This document shows, one piece after another, positions 1-9,160 of a stretch of 64,000 nt of DNA. The notes beneath the pieces were generated by a model. The model saw only the letters and a list, made by a program, of their open reading frames with translations. It had not been told where the DNA came from and ran no database searches. The stretch is from Myxococcota bacterium (GTDB lineage: Bacteria > Myxococcota_A > UBA9160 > UBA6930), in the NCBI GenBank assembly GCA_965223705.1, contig OZ245015.1:2208001-2272000 (forward strand), given 5' to 3'. How positions within the stretch are numbered: the first letter of the stretch is position 1; each line of letters opens with the position of its first letter. Position numbers and translations under genes: made by a program.

Positions 1-59
1 AGGAAGTACGCCGGTTGCTTCGCCTGGCACGTGCAAAGGCGGATTGACGCTGAATCCGA

Positions 60-87
60 TTGACACCCGGCCCCGAGATGCGATCCT
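60..87 (+). promoter_or_regulatory. Putative sigma70 promoter for leader peptide/MATE transcript
   Basis: Perfect TTGACA at 60-65, 16-nt spacer, weak -10 (GATCCT preceded by TGC); ATG of short ORF at 98. Confidence 0.45.
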
Positions 88-97
88 CCCCGGCGAG

Positions 98-193
98 ATG
101 ACCAGTCACACCCCGATCGCAGCCCCGCGCACCGCGAAATCCAACGCTGCTCGAGAACGCGCGCAGGACCTGCGCGCGAACCACCCTGTGTAA
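98..193 (+). CDS. Putative 31-aa leader peptide (MTSHTPIAAPRTAKSNAARERAQDLRANHPV)
   Basis: Translated by hand; ATG 98, TAA 191-193, directly upstream of competing hairpins. Confidence 0.55.
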   Translation: MTSHTPIAAPRTAKSNAARERAQDLRANHPV

Positions 194-216
194 GACCTGG
201 AAGTCTCCGTTCTTTA

Positions 217-255
217 GAACGCCCTTCCGGGAGTCGGGAGGGCGTTTCGATTTTT
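217..255 (+). terminator. Intrinsic terminator-like hairpin (attenuator) upstream of MATE gene
   Basis: GAACGCCCTTCCG-ggagt-CGGGAGGGCGTTT stem (G-U pairs allowed) followed by CGATTTTT. Confidence 0.65.
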
Positions 256-302
256 AGGTGATATCCGATAAACGCCCGTCGGCTTCCCCAAGGAGCCGCG
301 GT

Positions 303-1649
303 ATGAACATTCGAAACGAACTGCGAGCGATCGGCGTGCTGGCAGGGCCGGCCGTTGCGATGCAGCTCGGCGACATGACACTCGGCGTGGTCGACACGCT
401 GATGGTCGCCCGGGTCAGCACCGAGGCGCTGGCTGCGGCGACCCTCGCTAACGTCTACGAAGCCCTGGCGCTGTTCTCGGTGGCGGGGATTCTGCTGGGC
501 ATCGATCCGCTGGTCAGCCAGGCTCACGGCGCTGGTGTGGGCCGGCGAGCCGGCCTGGCGCTGCAGCACGCGCTGGTCCTCGGAGCGCTCCTGACGCTGC
601 CCGTCGTCGCGCTGTTCCGCGGTGCCGAGGCGGTGTTCCTAACCCTCGGCCAGCGCGCTGACTTGGCCCTGGCTTCAAGCCAATACCTGTGGGTGCAGGC
701 GCCGAGCATCCCGTTCTTCTTCGGTTTTGTCGCGCTGCGCCACTACCTGATGGGGCGAGAGATCCTGGCGCCGACGCTCTCGGTGATCCTGGTGGCCAAC
801 CTCGTGAACATCCTGGCCAACTGGGTCTTGATCTTCGGCCACTGGGGGGCGCCGGCCCTCGGCCTGGTCGGCGCGGGGCTCTCGACCTCGTTGGTTCGCG
901 TGGCACTGTTCGCGGGCCTGGCGTCGTGGATTCTGCTGGCGGGGCTTCACCGTGCCGCGTGGCCACGCTTCGGGCGCCAAGCCTTTCGCGGCCGGCGGCT
1001 CGCGCGGGTGATGCGGCTTGGGCTACCGATTGCGGTCCAGTTCACCCTGGAGATCGGTGCCTTCGCCGTGGCGACCCTGATCGCCGGGTGGCTCGGCGTG
1101 GTCCCCCTCGCCGCTCACGCACTGGCGCTCAACATGGCGTCCGTGACGTTCATGATCTCCCTCGGTATCTCCCTCGCCGCTGCGACGCGGGTCGGAAACC
1201 TGATTGGGGCGCGTCGCGGTTGTCTGGTGCCGCGCAGCGCCGGGCTCGCGATGGCTGTGGGCGGCGGTGCGATGTCGGTCGCGGGTGTCGCGTTCGCGCT
1301 GTTTCCGCGGTCTTTGGCTGGCCTCTACACCGACGACGCGTCCGTCGTGGCTGTGTGCGCCCAGCTGCTGCCGATCGCTGGTGCCTTTCAGATCTTCGAC
1401 GGGGTCCAGACCGTCGCCGGCGGGGTACTTCGGGGGCTGGGGAAAACGCGCCCGGCGGCTTGGGCCAATTTCATCGCCTACTGGTTGATCGGCTTGCCGG
1501 TGGGGTACTTCCTCGCGCTTCACACCACCGCCGGTATTCGCGGGTTGTGGTGGTCTCTGGCAGCGGGGCTCGCAATCGTCGCCGGCGTACTGGCGACCCG
1601 GGCCTTTCGAGAGGGAAGACGCGCAGCGCAGAGCCAGTCGCGGTGTTGA
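303..1649 (+). CDS. MATE family efflux transporter (NorM-like)
   Basis: About 12 hydrophobic segments; VVDTLMV, FQIFDGVQTVAGGVLRGLG motifs; AGGAG RBS before ATG 303. Confidence 0.92.
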   Translation: MNIRNELRAIGVLAGPAVAMQLGDMTLGVVDTLMVARVSTEALAAATLANVYEALALFSVAGILLGIDPLVSQAHGAGVGRRAGLALQHALVLGALLTLPVVALFRGAEAVFLTLGQRADLALASSQYLWVQAPSIPFFFGFVALRHYLMGREILAPTLSVILVANLVNILANWVLIFGHWGAPALGLVGAGLSTSLVRVALFAGLASWILLAGLHRAAWPRFGRQAFRGRRLARVMRLGLPIAVQFTLEIGAFAVATLIAGWLGVVPLAAHALALNMASVTFMISLGISLAAATRVGNLIGARRGCLVPRSAGLAMAVGGGAMSVAGVAFALFPRSLAGLYTDDASVVAVCAQLLPIAGAFQIFDGVQTVAGGVLRGLGKTRPAAWANFIAYWLIGLPVGYFLALHTTAGIRGLWWSLAAGLAIVAGVLATRAFREGRRAAQSQSRC

Positions 1650-1996
1650 TTCATCGCGAGCGACGCTGGGGTTTGCGGTACACCAGCCGCGACTCCTAGA
1701 GCGGGACCGGGCCCCGTTACGAGGGAACCGGTCCCGCGGCCGTCCAAGCCAGGGCAGCGAGGTGGGACGAGGGGTAGAACCCTTGAGCGCATTCGGGACA
1801 GGGTTTCGGGGCACGGCATCATTGGAAGAAGCGAGGACCTAGGCGAACCGTTCTAGGAACTCGGAGGGTTCGCCGACGGGAAGAGTCAACCGCCGTTGTC
1901 ATGTCATGCGGCCAACCTAGCTTTGCGAGGGTGGGACCCTCAGCTTGCCATCAGCAAAACGCATCTAGCGGACGGGCATTGCGCGTAGAGAGAAGC

Positions 1997-2170
1997 ATGT
2001 GGCGGCTGACGGTTTCGATTCTGGTGGCGGTGCTCTTCGCGGACGGCGCCAGCGCTTGCACTTGCAGCCCTGTGCCGCTCACACGGCTCGAAGCGTATGA
2101 CCTCGTTTTTCTAGGTCGGGTCGTAGGCCAGGAGACAATTGAGAACCCACGTCGGCCCGACCGGGCTTAG
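1997..2170 (+). pseudogene. Truncated exported protein with TIMP/NTR-like N-terminus
   Basis: Signal peptide ending ASA, then CTC..., YDLVFLGRV; stops after only 57 aa. Confidence 0.45.
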
Positions 2171-2186
2171 CCACTCATCTCACAAC

Positions 2187-2543
2187 TTAAGCGGCCAGGG
2201 AAATGGCGTGGCGCCTGCTCAGCCCGCGTAGTGCGGCATCGAATCGGCGAAGCCCGAGTTGGATCCGCCGCAAGCGCTCGATCGCTCTCATCCATGGTGC
2301 CGAGCCGGTACTGCGAGAAGTGATTCTCAAAGAGACGAAGATGGGCCACCAGATGGCTGCGAAGGCCCAAGCGGTCGCGCGCGAATTCAAGTAGTGAATC
2401 TGGCTGTCAGCGATCGACTGACGGATCTCCGCGCGCGTCGCCGCGGTCGCTTGGCGAATTTGGGTTGCGAGATAGGCCAGTGTCGCGACGGTTGCGACGC
2501 CTCCGATCAACTCTGCGACCGCACCGACCGCGTCCCAGTTCAC
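2187..2543 (-). pseudogene. Frameshifted membrane-anchored hypothetical protein (NWDAVGAVAELIGG type)
   Basis: N-terminal TM helix in one frame; family-like LFENHFSQYRLGTMDE segment lies in another frame (2167..2370 ORF). Confidence 0.5.
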
Positions 2544-2717
2544 GCTTGCTCCACCGACCCACGACCGACTAGCCGACATCGCCGAAAAACGGGAACGTCG
2601 GGGACGAACCTCTACGGGCATACCCATCGGGGTGCGCATTCTAGCCCGCCGAACCTTCCTCGGGTTCTACAACCGACGCCAGCGCGGCCCACCTAAAAAT
2701 TGTGAGGAGTTGAAGCA

Positions 2718-3158
2718 ATGACCGACGATCCCGCTCGCGTTGTCGACCAAGGGTGGATGGCGGCGAAGCTGTCCGAGGAACCGGACGCTCTCGCTCCTGA
2801 CGGATCTGAAGTCCGTGTCCTCACGCGCGTTTCCCGGGGCAGCATGGCTCATTTTCGCTTGCGAGCGGGAATGACGTCCAAAGCGGTCGCACATCGGTCC
2901 ATTGAAGAACTTTGGTACTTCGTCGGAGGAGAGGGAGAAATGTGGCTCAAGCTAGGTGCGACCCAGGAGAAGGTTGTCGCCGTTGCTCGGGGGGTATCGA
3001 TCGCGATTCCGGTGGGTGCCCACTTTCAATTCCGCGCGTGCGGCGACAGCTCCCTGGAAGCGGTAGGCGTGTCTATGCCCCCGTGGCCTGGTGACGAAGA
3101 GGCCTACGAAGTCCCGGGCCGTTGGTCTCCGTCTTTGGCTTCGGACTCAATCCCCTAG
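2718..3158 (+). CDS. Cupin domain protein
   Basis: [15 protein letters not shown] and [10 protein letters not shown] cupin motifs; GAGGAG RBS. Confidence 0.88.
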   Translation: MTDDPARVVDQGWMAAKLSEEPDALAPDGSEVRVLTRVSRGSMAHFRLRAGMTSKAVAHRSIEELWYFVGGEGEMWLKLGATQEKVVAVARGVSIAIPVGAHFQFRACGDSSLEAVGVSMPPWPGDEEAYEVPGRWSPSLASDSIP

Positions 3159-3946
3159 GGCTTTACGCGCATGCAGACCGCGTAGGGAGTGAAAAGTCTG
3201 GTGCTGGAGAAGGTGTTGAACATCATGACTTCCCAGCTTCGGCTGTCGACCGGGTAGTTCCTTCGCGTTCTGAGAAAGTTGGTCGGGGACGACATGCCTC
3301 CTCCGGTTACGAGCCATCCTGGGGGGCAAACCGCCCGTCCAATGTTGGCCGCCCCCGCTGCGACGGAGACCGGAGCTCCCGGAACGCGCAGGGTTTCGAT
3401 CTCCGCCCCGCCGGGCGGTCCCTGTGGACCTGGCGGACCTTCGGGGCCGGGCGGGCCCTGGGCACCCGGTGCCCCGTCGGCACCGGCAGGACCCGTCGCG
3501 CCGGGCGGACCTGGCGGACCGACCGGGCCTTGCGGTCCCGGCTGCCCATCGATCCCAGGTGGGCCCTGGGGCCCAGGAGCGCCGTCGATGCCCGGAGGCC
3601 CCTGCTCCCCCTGCGGCCCTACCGCTCCGATGGTGAGGGCGTAGGTGTCTGTTCGAGGAGTGCCTCCGCCCGTCGTTACTTCCAGGAGGTAGTCACCGTC
3701 CGGGAACCCTTCGGGCAGCCCCACGGTGATTTCGTTGGGCGTGTCGCCGGTTACCACGAGCGGTACGCCGCCGAGCGTCACATCAAGGGAGTTCCCGTTG
3801 TCGAAGTTGTTTCCGCCGATCACGATTTGAGCGTTCTCGACGTCGACGAACACATCGATGATTTCGAGGGGTTGGACCGCCCGCGCCGAACCCGCGATCC
3901 AAAGCAACGAGAAAACAGTGACAAGAGATCGAGCTCGCAAGCGCAT
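3155..3946 (-). CDS. Exported collagen-like protein (Ig/TIG-like N-domain, about 24 Gly-X-Y triplets, CPxGxxxxGGG C-domain)
   Basis: Signal peptide; uninterrupted GXY run; C-terminal [11 protein letters not shown]...YAVC. Confidence 0.85.
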   Translation of the reverse strand: MRLRARSLVTVFSLLWIAGSARAVQPLEIIDVFVDVENAQIVIGGNNFDNGNSLDVTLGGVPLVVTGDTPNEITVGLPEGFPDGDYLLEVTTGGGTPRTDTYALTIGAVGPQGEQGPPGIDGAPGPQGPPGIDGQPGPQGPVGPPGPPGATGPAGADGAPGAQGPPGPEGPPGPQGPPGGAEIETLRVPGAPVSVAAGAANIGRAVCPPGWLVTGGGMSSPTNFLRTRRNYPVDSRSWEVMMFNTFSSTRLFTPYAVCMRVKP

Positions 3947-4087
3947 CGGGGTTTCTCCTAGAGGGCATCTGCCCAGCATTTCAATGTGGCTTCGACGAAA
4001 CCATAGGTGACCGCTTTTTCAGCGCTCGTCCGAGCGGCAAATGCGAACATCAAGCTCCACAAAGCTTCAGCCTGGGGCGGTTGAAAA

Positions 4088-5710
4088 ATGCCCGGCGCGG
4101 CTGGCAACCTATCCGCGATGGTTCCCCACGCCGATGCCCCGTCGACAGAACCGCGCCGCACCGCCAGCGGCTTCGGCTATTGGGTCCCGGTTCTCGGCGT
4201 GCTCGGTGTGTCGGCGCTTCTAGTGTTCGCTGCACTGGCCCTGGATCTCAATGGCCGGAAGCTCTCGGACCTGCATCCGGACAGCGCGCTGGATCGTGTT
4301 TCTACGGCTGCCGAAGTGGTGGCAGGGCTGCTCGCGATCGTCATCACCGTCGTGGCGATCGTCGTGGAGCTCGCCGCAAATCGGTACACGCATCGCATCA
4401 CACAACTCTTTGTACGTGAGCCGGTCCACGGGCTGGTGATCGGCTTTTTCGTCGCCACGACGGTCGTGTGTCTGTGGATCTCGGCGGCCCCCTACGCCGA
4501 CGGGCAGAGTCCACGCGCCGCCCTGACCGTCCCCATGCTGATGATCACCACATGCCTTGTTGCACTGCTCCCCTATTTCGCGTTCCTGTTTCGGTTTCTC
4601 GCGCCGCACAACATCATTCGGAAAATTCAGAGGACGGCCTTCGCGTCGGTTGGAGTCGGCGCAGGGAACCGCGACGATGTCGTGGAAGCGATCGCTGAAC
4701 TCGAGGACATCGTCCGCCGCGCGCGACAGCAACGCGATCGGCGGATCGCCATGTCCGCAATCGATGCGCTCGCCGGCTTGATCGACGAATCGATGCGCGT
4801 CCGCGACCAGCTGCCGGCTGACTGGTTCGATATCACGGGAGAGTTGGCCCGCGATCCGGATTTCGTCGCACTCTCGAGAAAGAGCCTCCGGCTCGCCGAA
4901 CAGCAGCGGTTGTGGGTCGAGAACAAGGTCCTGCGTCAGTACGCTTCGCTCCTCGAAGAGAGCCTTGGACCCGATCGAGACCTCGGGAATCTGATCGCGA
5001 TCCATACGCGTCGACTCGCTGACCGCTATGGGCCCGTGGCTCCGGGGTTTCGCGATCTCTCGGCGCGCGCTTTCAACACTTATCTCCGATTCGCCATCCG
5101 TGGCGGCGATCAACGCTTGGCGTACTACGTGCTCCACCAGTACCGAGAGCTGGCGGAATCGGAATTGCGGAGAGGCGAAGCGCAGCACGCTGTAGAGACT
5201 GCGCAATACCTCCGTAGCTATGGCCACTTCGCGTTTGAGACGGGCCAGGAGTTCCTCCTCGAAGTTGTGGCCATGGATCTCAGCGGGCTGGTCGAGTGTG
5301 CTGTTGACCACGCCCCGACCGAGGTTGACCGCCTTCTCGAAGTGTTTCTCGAAGTCGACCGCGAAAGTCGGTCGGACGAGCAGGAGATCCGACTCCGCGG
5401 CGTCCGGCGGGCACAGGTCCAGCTCGCCGTGTTCTTCCTGGAGCGCGGCGACGAGGATCGAGCGCGTCGAATCTTCGCCGATATGAGAGAAGAGACGACC
5501 GAGCGCCTTCGCGCGGTGCGTGAGGAGCTCGAAGCGGAGCAACCCGAACACTACTGGGAGCTCACCGACCGGGGGATCAACTTCGCCTATCTGAGCCCCG
5601 AGCGGCGGGCCCATCTCGTGACTTTCTTCAGTTGGTTCGACGACGAAGGTCGGGTTGCCGTCGGCGCCCACCGAGGCCGAGACCGAGCAGCGAAAGAGCT
5701 ACCAGGGTGA
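4088..5710 (+). CDS. DUF2254-like membrane protein
   Basis: 4 N-terminal TM helices with IVVELAANRYT motif, long helical soluble domain; start could be 4118. Confidence 0.7.
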   Translation: MPGAAGNLSAMVPHADAPSTEPRRTASGFGYWVPVLGVLGVSALLVFAALALDLNGRKLSDLHPDSALDRVSTAAEVVAGLLAIVITVVAIVVELAANRYTHRITQLFVREPVHGLVIGFFVATTVVCLWISAAPYADGQSPRAALTVPMLMITTCLVALLPYFAFLFRFLAPHNIIRKIQRTAFASVGVGAGNRDDVVEAIAELEDIVRRARQQRDRRIAMSAIDALAGLIDESMRVRDQLPADWFDITGELARDPDFVALSRKSLRLAEQQRLWVENKVLRQYASLLEESLGPDRDLGNLIAIHTRRLADRYGPVAPGFRDLSARAFNTYLRFAIRGGDQRLAYYVLHQYRELAESELRRGEAQHAVETAQYLRSYGHFAFETGQEFLLEVVAMDLSGLVECAVDHAPTEVDRLLEVFLEVDRESRSDEQEIRLRGVRRAQVQLAVFFLERGDEDRARRIFADMREETTERLRAVREELEAEQPEHYWELTDRGINFAYLSPERRAHLVTFFSWFDDEGRVAVGAHRGRDRAAKELPG

Positions 5711-6296
5711 AGGTCGAAGGCTCGGGGGTCGAGGCTACTTCGTAATAGATCTTGGAACCCGTGACGACGAACTCGCCATAGGGAGTTGTGTCCCACGCGC
5801 TGTACAACCCCAGACCTTTGAGAATCTCGAGATCCGCGTTCGCGGCGGATACGTCTCCGCGAATACCCACGTTCGGGGCGATCGAGAGCCGGCCCTGCAA
5901 GTAAAAGGAGAACCGCTCCCCAGCCGAGAGTGCGATGTGGGGGATGTTCACGCGGGAGTACCACATCCCGTTGCCCCACTCGTATGAGCTGAAGGTCATA
6001 AGCTGCGTCGTTAGCAGCGTCCACGAACCGGGCGACTCTTCAAACCCAACGTGGGTTCCCGCTTTCGCGAAAATGGAGATGTCGTCGTTGAGTCCACCCA
6101 GCGCAAAGCCGGTGATCGTCAGGTCGTTGAGGGCGACGACGTCAAACATGTGCCCGCCCGGAACCCCGATTCCGGAGGCCGCCCCAGCGGTCTCGAGGGA
6201 CCGAGTGATCGGAACCGAATGGGCCGCCTCGGGGCTGGAAAACCCGGTCGCCAGAATCGCAAAGACGAGTCCAGATAGAAGCCATCGATAGAGCAC
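5628..6296 (-). CDS. PEP-CTERM sorting domain surface protein
   Basis: Signal peptide; C-terminal TPEPSTFTLVALSLLGLGLGGRRR; AAGGAG RBS before GTG 6296. Confidence 0.85.
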   Translation of the reverse strand: MLYRWLLSGLVFAILATGFSSPEAAHSVPITRSLETAGAASGIGVPGGHMFDVVALNDLTITGFALGGLNDDISIFAKAGTHVGFEESPGSWTLLTTQLMTFSSYEWGNGMWYSRVNIPHIALSAGERFSFYLQGRLSIAPNVGIRGDVSAANADLEILKGLGLYSAWDTTPYGEFVVTGSKIYYEVASTPEPSTFTLVALSLLGLGLGGRRRQPDLRRRTN

Positions 6297-6332
6297 TGCG
6301 CGATCTCCTTCCCAAAGAGAGGCCACAGAAGG

Positions 6333-6348
6333 CGCAATCCGCGTGCCA
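6333..6348 (-). promoter_or_regulatory. sigma54 (-24/-12) promoter of PEP-CTERM gene
   Basis: TGGCACGCGGATTGCG on minus strand, correct GG-N10-GC spacing. Confidence 0.7.
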
Positions 6349-6545
6349 AACGGGTCGTGCAGCCGGCGAAGGCGTTGGCGGACAGTACGGAAGGGGGACG
6401 AGTTGCGTGCGCTCTTCCGGCTGCTTGAGCGGGCGAACTACCGGCAGCATGGGAGAAGGGTTCGCCACTGTGGGCCAACTCGAGATCCCCCGCGTAGTGA
6501 GTACCCCGGGGCCGGGTTTGGTGACACCCGCCCCGACGGGCTGGG

Positions 6546-7562
6546 CTAGGCGCGGAAAGCCGAAGCCAGGTTGAACATTGGCTCGTAGATCTCGTCGGGG
6601 CCTTCCGCCGGAGGAGGCGCGACATTGAGGCACACCACCTCATCGACGACGCCTTCGTAGGAGGCAAGCCGATTGCGACATTCGTCCGGGGTGCCGGCAA
6701 TCGCGACGCGGTCGATGCACTCATCGGGAATGGCGTCGACCGCACGGTCGAGCTGCCCCGTTGGCACGTACTTCAAAGCCGCGTCGGCGGCCGCAGAGAA
6801 GCCCTGCTCCCGAAGCGTGAACTCGTAGTACGGGTGAGGCAGCGGGTCGAAGAGCCCGCAGATCGCTTCCCGTGCGCGACGGCGCGCACGCTCCCGGTCG
6901 TCGTCGATCGATACCAGCGCCGCGACGAGGAACGAGAGTGCGGAGGGGTCCCGGTCAGCATCGGCCGCGGCCTTACACGCCTCGGGGCGAACGACGTCGC
7001 GGAAATAGTCCGCGGAAATCACGCCGCCGCCCGCAAGGCCGTCGGCACAGCGGCCCGCGACCCGCACCATGCGCGGAAAAACCCCGGCGAGGATCACCGG
7101 AAAAGCGCGGATCGGATCGACGGCGGGAGCCCAGTTCATGCGGTGCACCCTGCCCTCGAACTCGAGGCGTTCGCCCAAGCCGGTCCTTGCGGCCTGACGG
7201 AGAAGCGTGACGTACTCCTCCATCTTGGTGAGCACGCGCTCGTGGGGAATGCCCTGCCATTGCTCGTTGATGAGCTTGTTGCCACCGCCCACGCCCAGAA
7301 CCAAGCGGCCGTCCGAGAGCTCGTCGAGATCCACCGCGGACATCGCCGTCAAGAAAGGGCTGCGGCCATAGGCGTTCAGGACGTAGGGACCCAGGCGGAT
7401 GCGCTCGGTCGCCGTCGCAATCGCCGCAAGGGGGACGAAGGCGCTGCGCCACGCTTCGGTCAGGTAGACCGCGTCGAAGCCGCTCGCTTCCGCGCGCCGA
7501 CCGAGCTTCACCAGATCGGTCATCGCGATGCCGCCGCCCGTAAAGGCGAGGCCCAGATCCAC
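6546..7562 (-). CDS. LLM-class flavin/F420-dependent oxidoreductase (Mer-like)
   Basis: AEASGFDAVYLTE, ATERIRLG, DELSDGRLVLGVG motifs. Confidence 0.9.
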   Translation of the reverse strand: MDLGLAFTGGGIAMTDLVKLGRRAEASGFDAVYLTEAWRSAFVPLAAIATATERIRLGPYVLNAYGRSPFLTAMSAVDLDELSDGRLVLGVGGGNKLINEQWQGIPHERVLTKMEEYVTLLRQAARTGLGERLEFEGRVHRMNWAPAVDPIRAFPVILAGVFPRMVRVAGRCADGLAGGGVISADYFRDVVRPEACKAAADADRDPSALSFLVAALVSIDDDRERARRRAREAICGLFDPLPHPYYEFTLREQGFSAAADAALKYVPTGQLDRAVDAIPDECIDRVAIAGTPDECRNRLASYEGVVDEVVCLNVAPPPAEGPDEIYEPMFNLASAFRA

Positions 7563-7573
7563 GGCGCGGCGCC

Positions 7574-7999
7574 TCAGATGCCCAGGGCTTTGCGAATCCC
7601 CGCGACGCCGCCGACATAGATGCCTTGGACCATCTTCTCGGCTTCTTCCACGGAACCGATAGGCTCAAACGTGCTCTGCCAATCCACCTGGCATTGGTCG
7701 GCGCCGAGCTCGGTCACCTTGGCGGTGGCGACATAGTCTTTTACCGGAAGCGGGCACTCGCCGATGATCGCGTACGTGAAACGGCGTGCGCTCGCGTCGA
7801 TCGCTTCGAGCCGCTCGCGGATCACGGCACCATCGGCGAGGGTCAAGGTGCGGACCGCACCGGCGCTGTTTCCGTCGGACTCGCAGCTCTTGATGAGATT
7901 CGGGTCCGCCCATTTATCCACGCCGCCAAAGTCAGCCATGATCTGCCAGACCTGGTCTGCGGACGCCGCCACTTGTTCCTGAACGTTGACACTTGCCAT
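7574..7999 (-). CDS. SRPBCC / polyketide cyclase-like protein
   Basis: ADQVWQIMADFG, GAVRTL, IRERLE, FTYAI pattern; AAGGAG RBS. Confidence 0.85.
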   Translation of the reverse strand: MASVNVQEQVAASADQVWQIMADFGGVDKWADPNLIKSCESDGNSAGAVRTLTLADGAVIRERLEAIDASARRFTYAIIGECPLPVKDYVATAKVTELGADQCQVDWQSTFEPIGSVEEAEKMVQGIYVGGVAGIRKALGI

Positions 8000-8086
8000 G
8001 GTCACTCCTTGTTGTCGGGTGCCTCAGGATACACCTGGCAGCCTCCTTCAGGGAACGAAAGCCACGGCAGCGTGCTGCGGCGGCTC

Positions 8087-8431
8087 TCACCCGCGCAGCA
8101 TCCAAGCGATGCCAGCGCTCGCCGCGATGATGATCAGAAGTGACCCGAAGCCCGCGAGGAACGCGCCCGCAGCGATGAGACGCAGGAGGCTCGAAGCCGC
8201 AAAGAAGGCGCCCGTGGCGATCGCGGCATGGAAGGCCCACCGACGATCGAGCAGTGCGCCGAGTGCTGTCCCCAACGCGGCCACGCCCTGCATCGCATAG
8301 AGGGACAGCAGGTAGGCGCCTCCCCCTTCCGGATGAAGTACCCACCCAATGCCGGCGCCGGCCACGACGGACCCGGCGAAGCTTATCGCAAACAAGATCT
8401 GCCAGATCGGGCGATCCACCGGGTCGCTCAA
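8087..8431 (-). CDS. Small membrane protein (about 4 TM)
   Basis: Hydrophobic 114-aa ORF overlapping the upstream stop by 4 nt. Confidence 0.6.
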   Translation of the reverse strand: MSDPVDRPIWQILFAISFAGSVVAGAGIGWVLHPEGGGAYLLSLYAMQGVAALGTALGALLDRRWAFHAAIATGAFFAASSLLRLIAAGAFLAGFGSLLIIIAASAGIAWMLRG

Positions 8432-9069
8432 AGTGACTCGAGCTCGCGGATCAAGTCTTCTGTCGTCACCTGTCGGCAGTAGCCGCGTATCGCTCGCAAC
8501 GAGTGATCATGTCGTTCCTGGCTGAAGGTCAGACAGGCATCGGTCACCTGGGTGACGAGGTAGCCGAGATCGCACGCGTCCCGGATGGCGCTCTCGATGC
8601 ACTGGTCGGTGACGAGCCCGGCGATCGCGAGCTGGCGGACGCCTAAGTTGCGCAGCAGGTAGTCGAGATGGGTCGAGATGAAGACCGACGACGAGGTCTT
8701 CGGCAGGACGATCTCGTCGCCTTCCGGAGCGATTTCATCGAGGACCTTGGCGTCCCAAGAGCCTTTGGGGACGTGAAAGCCCGTGATCTTGTAGTCGAGT
8801 GAGCGATCGCGGCCATCGAGCGTCAAGCTTTCGATTGTCGTGTAGAGAACCTCGACACCCGCCTGTCGGCAGGCGGCCTGAACCGCCTGCATGTTGGGCA
8901 AGACGCGGGTTTCGAGCTGCTCGAAGAACCACCCGTACTTGGCCTCGAAGGTCGCTGCGCTTACGTCCTTGAACTCCCCACCTCGGCGATGGGCGGCGAA
9001 GTTCTGTACGTCGATGAACAGCAGGGCCGATTGGGCGGGGACGAGGGGTACGTCGCGGGTCAACGACAT
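8428..9069 (-). CDS. Isochorismatase-family cysteine hydrolase
   Basis: LLFIDVQN, KTSSSVF, GLVTDQCIES (Asp-Lys-Cys triad). Confidence 0.9.
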   Translation of the reverse strand: MSLTRDVPLVPAQSALLFIDVQNFAAHRRGGEFKDVSAATFEAKYGWFFEQLETRVLPNMQAVQAACRQAGVEVLYTTIESLTLDGRDRSLDYKITGFHVPKGSWDAKVLDEIAPEGDEIVLPKTSSSVFISTHLDYLLRNLGVRQLAIAGLVTDQCIESAIRDACDLGYLVTQVTDACLTFSQERHDHSLRAIRGYCRQVTTEDLIRELESL

Positions 9070-9160
9070 GGCGTCGCTCCGATATTTCGCACGTTGCCCT
9101 TCGGCGCCGAATCGCTCACGATCGGCAGAGCATACTTCGATCTCGCGAGGTTCGATGCCT

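Noticed and set aside
25..40. TGGCAC at 25 (and at 42207) as sigma54 promoters
   Set aside because: No GC at the required distance from the GG
1750..1850. 6S RNA-like segment (GCTCAAGGGTTC on minus strand)
   Set aside because: I could not build the long closing duplex and central bubble; kept only as an unassigned structured region
3410..3630. Repetitive GC-rich DNA resembling a repeat array
   Set aside because: Explained by collagen Gly-X-Y codons; no CRISPR repeat-spacer structure and no cas genes
6432..6466. GGCGAAC...GTTCGCC inverted repeat similar to 1842-1874, as a REP/MITE family
   Set aside because: Only two copies, 7-bp arms, unrelated interiors; plausible by chance
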